64,000 bases of DNA, from contig JAIPKD010000003.1 of assembly GCA_021733835.1 (NCBI GenBank), positions 4,902 to 68,901 on the forward strand. Reading direction: 5' to 3'. The notes beneath the pieces are model-generated. The model ran no database searches and was not told where the DNA came from. It saw nothing but the letters and a program-made list of their open reading frames with translations. The DNA comes from Verrucomicrobiota bacterium. Lineage in GTDB: Bacteria > Verrucomicrobiota > Verrucomicrobiia > Limisphaerales > JAIPKD01. Shown here one piece after another: positions 57,451 to 64,000 of the stretch. How positions within the stretch are numbered: the stretch's first letter is position 1; each line of letters begins with the position of its first letter. A program made the translations under genes and the position numbers.

Positions 57451-58725
57451 TCAGCTCCTGAGCTGGCCGCTTCCCAAACACAACCATTTGTACGTAGTCA
57501 ATTCCTCCAACCCCATCGGACCGCGTGCGCCGATGCGATCCGTGCTGATCCCTATCTCTGCGCCCATGCCGAATTGACCGCCATCGGTAAACCTGGTCGA
57601 TGCATTCCAGTAAACGGCGGCCGAATCGACACCGGCCAGGAACTTGTCCGCAGTCGCCTCGTCTCCGGTCACAATTCCGTCCGAATGCGCCGAGCCGTAC
57701 TGGTTGATATGCGCAATAGCGGCGTCAACGCCGTCAACTACCCTTACAGCAAGCACCAGATCGAGATACTCCTCGAACCAGTCCCCTTCAACGGCCGGCT
57801 TGAGCCTATCGTAATTCCCGGATAATATTTGGAGCGCCTCTGCGTCGGCGCGCAACTCCACATTATGCTCGGCGTAACGCCGTGCGATTCGCGGAAGGAA
57901 TTCGCCGGCCACAGCGCGGTCAACCAGCAGTGTTTCAATTGCGTTGCATACACCGGGACGCTGCACCTTCGCGTTAAGCGCAATCTCTTCTGCCATACCC
58001 ATGTCCGCACCCTTGTCAATAAATAGATGACACACTCCCTTGTAGTGCTTGATGACCGGCACGCGCGAGCATTCGGCTACCGCCTTGATCAATCCCTCAC
58101 CACCGCGCGGTATGCAGAGGTCAACGTATTCAGTCAGTCCAAGCAACTCAGGTATGGCCTCACGCTCGGTCACAGGCACGACCTGGATGGCGCCCTTGGG
58201 AAACCCGGGGAAACGCTCCGTCGCCGCAGAAAGCATCACTTCCGCTATGGCGCGATTCGAATTCATCGCCTCCTTGCCGCCCCTGAGGATGGTGGCGTTG
58301 CCGGACTTGAAACATAATCCCGCCGCATCCGCGGTTACATTCGGACGCGACTCGAAAATAATTACTATCACCCCGATCGGCGTGGCCACCTTCTTCAATT
58401 TCAATCCGTTCGGCCTGGTAGTCTCATGAAGAATACGCCCCACAGGATCGGGTAACTCCGCCACCTCACGCAGCCCCTTCGCCATAGCCGCGATCCGCTT
58501 ATCATCTAAAACCAGGCGGTCGAGCATCGCAGGTGCCATATCACTGCCGCGCGCGGCTTCGACGTCAACGGCGTTCGCCGACTTCAATTGCCCCGCGTTT
58601 CGCTCTATGGCGTCCGCCATCGCATTCAAACAGTCGTTCTTCCGCGAAGCATCCAAGAGCGCCAATTCACGCGACGCCGATTTAGCCGCCCTCGCCAGTT
58701 CAGTCATCTGTTCTCGTAAACTCAT
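57451..58725 (-). CDS. proA: glutamate-5-semialdehyde dehydrogenase (gamma-glutamyl phosphate reductase)
   Basis: IFESRPNVT, VCNAIETLLV (catalytic Cys) and HINQYGSAHSD are typical of ProA. Confidence 0.9.
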   Translation of the reverse strand: MSLREQMTELARAAKSASRELALLDASRKNDCLNAMADAIERNAGQLKSANAVDVEAARGSDMAPAMLDRLVLDDKRIAAMAKGLREVAELPDPVGRILHETTRPNGLKLKKVATPIGVIVIIFESRPNVTADAAGLCFKSGNATILRGGKEAMNSNRAIAEVMLSAATERFPGFPKGAIQVVPVTEREAIPELLGLTEYVDLCIPRGGEGLIKAVAECSRVPVIKHYKGVCHLFIDKGADMGMAEEIALNAKVQRPGVCNAIETLLVDRAVAGEFLPRIARRYAEHNVELRADAEALQILSGNYDRLKPAVEGDWFEEYLDLVLAVRVVDGVDAAIAHINQYGSAHSDGIVTGDEATADKFLAGVDSAAVYWNASTRFTDGGQFGMGAEIGISTDRIGARGPMGLEELTTYKWLCLGSGQLRS

Positions 58726-58820
58726 GCAGCTACTATTACCTCAATATCCATCAACGAAAAAGCGCATTTTAACGGCATTGTACTGTTTGAATCTATGGCA
58801 CAAACAATTATTATGACCCC

Positions 58821-60551
58821 ATGGAAAGCGAAATCTTCGAACACATCAGCTTCATTTACGGCGAGGCTGCCGCGCACGATATAACACGGCGCATCCTTGA
58901 AACCACTCAAAAATATAAATCCGCCGTCACCAAATGGGAAAACCGGCATCCCAAGCAAACACTTACCGAACAAGACTCGATGCTCATCACTTACGGCGAC
59001 CAACTACAAAACGGTTCCGAGCCGCCCCTGCGCACCTTAAAAAACTTCCTCGATACTCACATCAAAGACTCAATCAGCGCCGTACACCTGCTCCCCTTTT
59101 TCCCGTACTCCTCGGACGACGGGTTCTCGGTTATCGATTACTACACAGTCGATCCGGCGCTCGGTTCATGGAACAACATAACGGCACTCGCCGAGGAGTT
59201 CGACCTTATGTTCGACGCCGTCTTCAATCATATCTCCGCAAAAAGCGCGTGGTTTGAAGGCTTCCTCGACGGCGACCCACGTTACGCAGACTTCTTCATC
59301 CAGGTCGAAGGCGAACCGGAACTGTCGTCGGTCGTCAGACCACGCTCGCTGCCGCTTCTCACTAAAGTCCAAACCAAGACCGGAGAAACAAAGGTTTGGA
59401 CCACGTTCAGCCCCGACCAAATCGACCTGAACCTTCAAAATCCCGAGGTTCTCCTCGCGCTCATCGATGTATTCCTCTTCTACCTCTCCAAAGGCGCGCG
59501 GTTTATCCGGCTCGATGCAATAACGTTTATATGGAAACAAATCGGTACATCATGCATCCACTTGCCGCAAACACACCGCCTCGTGCAGCTGATGCGCAGC
59601 CTCACCAACGAAATCGCGCCCGGCGTTCGAATCATCACCGAAACCAACGTCCCGCATAAAGACAACATATCTTACTTCGGAGACGGCACAAACGAGGCGC
59701 ACTTGGTCTATAATTTCACATTGTCGCCGCTGACGCTCCATGCATTCCAAACCGGCTGCGCAACCGAACTCACACGCTGGGCGGCAGAACTCGAGTTATC
59801 CCATGACACCGTCACCTTCCTGAACTTCCTCGCCTCCCACGACGGTATCGGCCTGAACCCCGTCAAAGGCATCCTCGCCAACGAACAAATAAATGCCCTT
59901 GTAAACCGTACTACCGCGCGTGGCGGCTTCATATCCTACAAGACAAATCCCGACGGCTCACTCGCGCCTTACGAAATGAATATCAACTACCTGGACGCAC
60001 TTATAGATCCGGCGGACGCCGGCGAACCGCTGATGACCGCCGTCAACCGATTCGTCGCCGCGCACGCCCTCATGCTCTCGATGCGCGGCCTCCCTGCTGT
60101 CTATTTCCATTCACTATTCGGTTCACGCGGCGACCGCATAGGCGCTGAAACCTCCGGGATCAATCGAAGAATCAATCGCGAAAAATTCAGGCTCGACCAA
60201 ATCGAATCCGAGCTGTCCACGCATTCATCGATCAGAAGCACCATATTATCACAGCTCAAATCACTCCTCGATGTGCGCCGCGAACATCCCGCGTTCAACC
60301 CTTACGGCATCCAACAAGTCCTGGAAACCACACCCCAGACCTTCGCCGTCCTCAGAGTATCACCGAACGCCGGCGAAACCTGCCTCTGCCTCTTCAACGT
60401 TTCGGGAGATATCGCAAATATTAATCCGCACGACCTGATCAAAGATAAAAACCGCTTGACCCCATTATACTCCAACAAACCACTGCCCGCCGGCAGCCCG
60501 ATCCGCGCACTCCAACCATACCAATTCCTCTGGGCGCGCGTTAGCGATTGA
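58821..60551 (+). CDS. GH13_18 sugar phosphorylase (sucrose phosphorylase / glucosylglycerate phosphorylase family)
   Basis: MLITYGDQL, HLLPFFPYSSDDGFSVIDYYTVDP, DAVFNHIS, RLDAITFIWK (nucleophile Asp), ETNVPH and FLASHDGIG. Confidence 0.8.
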   Translation: MESEIFEHISFIYGEAAAHDITRRILETTQKYKSAVTKWENRHPKQTLTEQDSMLITYGDQLQNGSEPPLRTLKNFLDTHIKDSISAVHLLPFFPYSSDDGFSVIDYYTVDPALGSWNNITALAEEFDLMFDAVFNHISAKSAWFEGFLDGDPRYADFFIQVEGEPELSSVVRPRSLPLLTKVQTKTGETKVWTTFSPDQIDLNLQNPEVLLALIDVFLFYLSKGARFIRLDAITFIWKQIGTSCIHLPQTHRLVQLMRSLTNEIAPGVRIITETNVPHKDNISYFGDGTNEAHLVYNFTLSPLTLHAFQTGCATELTRWAAELELSHDTVTFLNFLASHDGIGLNPVKGILANEQINALVNRTTARGGFISYKTNPDGSLAPYEMNINYLDALIDPADAGEPLMTAVNRFVAAHALMLSMRGLPAVYFHSLFGSRGDRIGAETSGINRRINREKFRLDQIESELSTHSSIRSTILSQLKSLLDVRREHPAFNPYGIQQVLETTPQTFAVLRVSPNAGETCLCLFNVSGDIANINPHDLIKDKNRLTPLYSNKPLPAGSPIRALQPYQFLWARVSD

Positions 60552-60612
60552 TACAATATTAATTTAGACCGCCACTTGCCGGGATTACTTTTTTGAGGCA
60601 TTGTAGAGTACC

Positions 60613-62172
60613 ATGCAGCGATTGGATGATTTGCTGATTTGCAGGCTGGATAACAACAGAAAACAGTCGCAGCCCTGTACGCTCGTCATCTTCGGCGCGA
60701 CAGGCGACTTAACGGCGCGCAAGCTGATGCCGTCGTTATTCCATCTTTTTTGCGAAGAGCAATTGCCGTTGCCTTTTCGCGTTATTTGCGTCGGCCGCCG
60801 GGATTTCAACGATGAAACGTGGCGCGAGCGATTAATGGAATCGGTCAGGGAATTCGCCAAGCATTACGATAACTGCGCGCGTCTTTGGTACAGGTTTTCC
60901 ACTAAGATATTTTATTGCAAAGGCGATATAAGCGACCACAGTCTGTATACAAATCTCCATAAAGCAATAGCAGAGGGCGAATCCGATGAATTGAAACACA
61001 ACCTGGTTTTTTACCTAGCGACGGCGCCGGACTTATTTACGATGATAACCGAACACTTGAGCAAGGCCGGCCTGTTGAACAAGGACGAGCATACCGCGCC
61101 GAATTGCCGGCTCGTTCTCGAGAAGCCGTTCGGCACGGATGCCAAATCCGCAAAACAGTTAAACGCCCGGCTCACCGAGTTCCTCCACGAAAAGCAGCTA
61201 TACCGGATCGATCATTACCTGGGCAAAGAAACAGTCCAGAATTTACTGACCTTCAGGTTTTCAAACGCCATTTTCGAACCACTTTGGAACCAGAAGTACA
61301 TCGATCATGTCCAGATCACCGTGAGCGAGAAGAACGGCATAGGATCACGCGGCGGTTACTACGATCACGCAGGAGCGCTCAGGGATATGATGCAGAATCA
61401 TATCCTCCAAATACTCGCGCTGATCTCGATGGAGCCGCCCGTCAGCCTCGCCCCGGAGGCAATACGAGACGAAAAGGTCAAGCTCCTCAAATCGATACGC
61501 CCGATTGCGCCGGAGCATGTCGACCGCTTATCCGTCCGTGGACAATACACGGGTGCGCAAGTGGACGGACGGCACCTCCCCGCCTACCGGCAAGAAGAGC
61601 GGGTCGCGCCTGGATCGAACACCGAGACCTATGCGGCGCTGAGCTTGCGGATCGATAATTGGCGCTGGGGCGGCGTGCCTTTTTACCTGAGGACGGGCAA
61701 GAACCTCGCCGCGTCCACGAGTCAGGCGCGTATCCAATTCCGCATGCCGCCGCCCGTGCTCTTCGCCTCACAATGCGGTCCCACCCTGGATTCGAACTCG
61801 ATTACGCTGCGTTTGCAGCCGGACGAAGGGATCACTCTCAGGTTCAACGGCAAGATTCCCGGTCTCGATATTCAAATACGCCCGGTCAGGATGAATTTCA
61901 ATTACCAGAGCGAGTTCGGCGCGTATACGCGCGAGGCTTATGAACGACTGCTTATGGACGCAATGGCCGGCGACTCGACGCTGTTCATCCGCCGTGATGA
62001 AGTAGAGACCGCCTGGGACATCGTCGAACCGCTCCTCCAAAAATGGTCCGGCCGCCCCCTCGGTGAAGAAGAGTTCTATCCGGCAGGCTCGTGGGGACCG
62101 GAGAATGCCGACGCCCTGCCGGCGCGAAACGGACATAATTGGAGAAACCCCGACCTCGAACCCGCAGAATAA
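60613..62172 (+). CDS. zwf: glucose-6-phosphate dehydrogenase
   Basis: IFGATGDLTARKL (NADP site), RIDHYLGKE (active-site signature) and MQNHILQ. Confidence 0.93.
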   Translation: MQRLDDLLICRLDNNRKQSQPCTLVIFGATGDLTARKLMPSLFHLFCEEQLPLPFRVICVGRRDFNDETWRERLMESVREFAKHYDNCARLWYRFSTKIFYCKGDISDHSLYTNLHKAIAEGESDELKHNLVFYLATAPDLFTMITEHLSKAGLLNKDEHTAPNCRLVLEKPFGTDAKSAKQLNARLTEFLHEKQLYRIDHYLGKETVQNLLTFRFSNAIFEPLWNQKYIDHVQITVSEKNGIGSRGGYYDHAGALRDMMQNHILQILALISMEPPVSLAPEAIRDEKVKLLKSIRPIAPEHVDRLSVRGQYTGAQVDGRHLPAYRQEERVAPGSNTETYAALSLRIDNWRWGGVPFYLRTGKNLAASTSQARIQFRMPPPVLFASQCGPTLDSNSITLRLQPDEGITLRFNGKIPGLDIQIRPVRMNFNYQSEFGAYTREAYERLLMDAMAGDSTLFIRRDEVETAWDIVEPLLQKWSGRPLGEEEFYPAGSWGPENADALPARNGHNWRNPDLEPAE

Positions 62173-62174
62173 CC

Positions 62175-62906
62175 ATGACACTAAAAAATAAAAACGTCTC
62201 TGTCTCGCCGCAGACCTCCACCGCCGCAATGGCGCTCGAAGCGGCGCGCATTTGGTTCGATCAACTCGAGACCCGGGAGTCCGACAAGTTTCTCGTCGCC
62301 CTTTCAGGCGGGCGCTCGGCGGCCTTACTATTCAATGCCATTGCCGAACTGGCGCTGGAAAATCCGCCGACCCTAACCAAAATACACTTCTTTTGGGCGG
62401 ACGAACGTTGCGTCCCGCCCGCACACGCAGAGAGCAATTTCGCGCTCGCTTACGAAAATCTCCTGGCGCCTTTGGCGATCCCGGAGAATCTTATTCACAG
62501 AATCCACGGCGAAGACCCACCGGAAAACGCCGCCGCAGATATCGCATCCGTGTTATCCGGAACCGCCGGCGCAGGCAAAGGCCAAATCCCGGTGCTCGAC
62601 TTCGTATTCCTTGGCATGGGCGAGGACGGACATATCGCGTCGTTGTTTCCCGACGCACCCGAGGCCGCACGATCACAGTCGCATATTTATTTACCGGTCA
62701 AAGGCCCAAAGCCGCCGCCCCAGCGCATCACCCTCACCTACCCGGTTCTTGCCGCCGCCGCCACGGCATGCGTCCTCGTCACCGGCAAGCAAAAGAAGGC
62801 GGCGCTTGAGGAATCACTTAAACCGGACGGGCAAACACCGCTTGCATACTTAATCAGACAACGACGGCATACGCTCATTATAACCGATTTCGAAGTGTCG
62901 CAGTAG
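62175..62906 (+). CDS. pgl: 6-phosphogluconolactonase
   Basis: LSGGRSA, FFWADERCVP and LGMGEDGHIASLFP. The start was set at the ATG at 62175, 3 nt after the zwf stop. Confidence 0.85.
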   Translation: MTLKNKNVSVSPQTSTAAMALEAARIWFDQLETRESDKFLVALSGGRSAALLFNAIAELALENPPTLTKIHFFWADERCVPPAHAESNFALAYENLLAPLAIPENLIHRIHGEDPPENAAADIASVLSGTAGAGKGQIPVLDFVFLGMGEDGHIASLFPDAPEAARSQSHIYLPVKGPKPPPQRITLTYPVLAAAATACVLVTGKQKKAALEESLKPDGQTPLAYLIRQRRHTLIITDFEVSQ

Positions 62907-62913
62907 CCGGCGC

Positions 62914-64000
62914 TCAGGCGTTTTCCTTCACAATGGTCACCTCGGCGCGCAGCAGATCATGGAGTGTAACGATTCCCAGCACCTTCCCGTCCATCTTGTC
63001 CTGAAGCACTACGGCGCCTGTTTCCGATTCGATGAGCAGGTTTTGCAATTGTTGTATCGTCTGTGAAGGCATGCATACGACCGCATCGACAAGCTCAGGC
63101 TCGCGTCCCTCGGCTATCGCCTCCTCGGCCTCGTCGCGTCTCAGCATCCCAACGAGTTTACCGTCCAAGACAACCGGAAACCGCTGGTACGGATACGACT
63201 TGAGGACGCGGCTTATCTCCTCCTTGTCGAGGCTCTCGATCACCACAGGGCGGAAGTACGCTATCGCCGACACCGGCAGTTGCAGCCAGCTCTGGAGATC
63301 ACGCGGGGGGATCACGTGCTCGATATCGTGTCCGTCCTGAACCAGCAGCGCATCGTAAAAACTATGCTTGCAAAGCTTGCGCGCAAGGCCCTGGCTGAGA
63401 AGCGTGCTGAGCATAAGCGCGGGCATGACGGCGAACTCATGCGTCATCTCAAAAACGATCAGTATACTTGTCACGGGCGCCCTGACAACGGTCCCCAGGC
63501 AGGCGGTCATTCCGACTATCGCCAGTACCAGTTGATCATGCGGCTTGATCTCCATCACCACCCCAAAAAGGCCGGACAAAAAGACTCCGCACATACCACC
63601 GAGAAAAAGCATCGGCGAAAATATGCCGCCGCTGCTGTGGAATCCGTAGCATGAAGCCGTGGCGATTAACTTTGCGACCAGGAGCAACAGCGCCAATTTC
63701 CAACCTATCTCACCATGCAACGCGGCAGAAAGATCGCCGTATCCGACACCGAATACACCAAGCCGCCCTGTGAAACTGAATATCGCCGAACCTATCACCC
63801 ATGTTATCACCGCGCCGATTACAGGGCGAATCCAGAGTGGTACGTTTTCGAAGCCCTTCCTCCGCGACCTGATGGCAAGCGTTGATTTCTGAAAGAATAC
63901 TCCCACGACACTCGCCGCCACGGCGACAACGGGGACTAAGAAATACATCCGCCAATCGGGCGCGCTCACCTGCTCGAGGATAAACGCCGGCTGCTCGCCG
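62914..64000 (-). CDS. ClC-family chloride channel / H+-Cl- antiporter with a C-terminal CBS pair (N-terminal part lies beyond the window)
   Basis: GGIFSPMLFLGGMCG and RAPVTSILIVFEMT are ClC motifs, followed by two CBS-like modules. The reading frame stays open upstream of the track start (GTG at 63969) to the window edge. Confidence 0.8.
   Translation of the reverse strand, partial: GEQPAFILEQVSAPDWRMYFLVPVVAVAASVVGVFFQKSTLAIRSRRKGFENVPLWIRPVIGAVITWVIGSAIFSFTGRLGVFGVGYGDLSAALHGEIGWKLALLLLVAKLIATASCYGFHSSGGIFSPMLFLGGMCGVFLSGLFGVVMEIKPHDQLVLAIVGMTACLGTVVRAPVTSILIVFEMTHEFAVMPALMLSTLLSQGLARKLCKHSFYDALLVQDGHDIEHVIPPRDLQSWLQLPVSAIAYFRPVVIESLDKEEISRVLKSYPYQRFPVVLDGKLVGMLRRDEAEEAIAEGREPELVDAVVCMPSQTIQQLQNLLIESETGAVVLQDKMDGKVLGIVTLHDLLRAEVTIVKENA

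Noticed and set aside
1-64000. A multi-gene phage-defence system, prophage, conjugative element or biosynthetic megacluster.
   Set aside because: Apart from HicAB, I recognised no nuclease, helicase, methylase, reverse transcriptase, integrase, transposase, capsid, NRPS or PKS signatures in any of the tracked ORFs.

Overview
This is a chromosomal, mostly housekeeping window from a moderately GC-rich bacterium. Its gene content points to the PVC superphylum (Verrucomicrobiota/Kiritimatiellota-like), but that is inference only. The pointers are squalene-hopene cyclase plus an HpnG-like phosphorylase, RNase Y, many signal-peptide, TPR and coiled-coil proteins, several ABC-2 export modules, and a palindromic GGAGCGCGGCTGTGTC...CAGCCGCAGCA intergenic repeat.

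I can support about 52 protein-coding genes and one tRNA-Arg(CCG).
- Core genes: shc, rimO, pgsA, pgpA, pdxA, a surA-like gene, argG, murJ, glnS, prfA, rpmE, rny, rarA, ftsH, proA, zwf and pgl.
- I saw no rRNA, CRISPR array, transposase, integrase or prophage. The only defence-type or mobile-type module is a HicAB toxin-antitoxin pair in a small low-GC islet.

I cannot point to a clear novel multi-gene system. The stretches most worth a second look are:
1. The repeat-dense 530-bp intergenic region at 12972-13502, with a perfect 8-bp microsatellite and three CCTCC/GGAGG hairpins, upstream of a large secreted beta-helix protein.
2. A dispersed TGTAGGGACAGG-type motif family, with at least 9 intergenic copies, 4 of them clustered at 8679-8831.
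3. A palindromic, MITE/REP-like element with three copies.
4. A tightly packed operon of GNAT, amino-acid racemase-like protein, methyltransferase and Na+/solute symporter (42294-46621) with no obvious known pathway.
5. An ATP-grasp-like orphan placed immediately downstream of proA, where proB usually sits.
6. A NusG paralog next to an internally duplicated membrane/TPR-like protein.

All product calls come from motif recognition in the supplied translations. No database search was possible.
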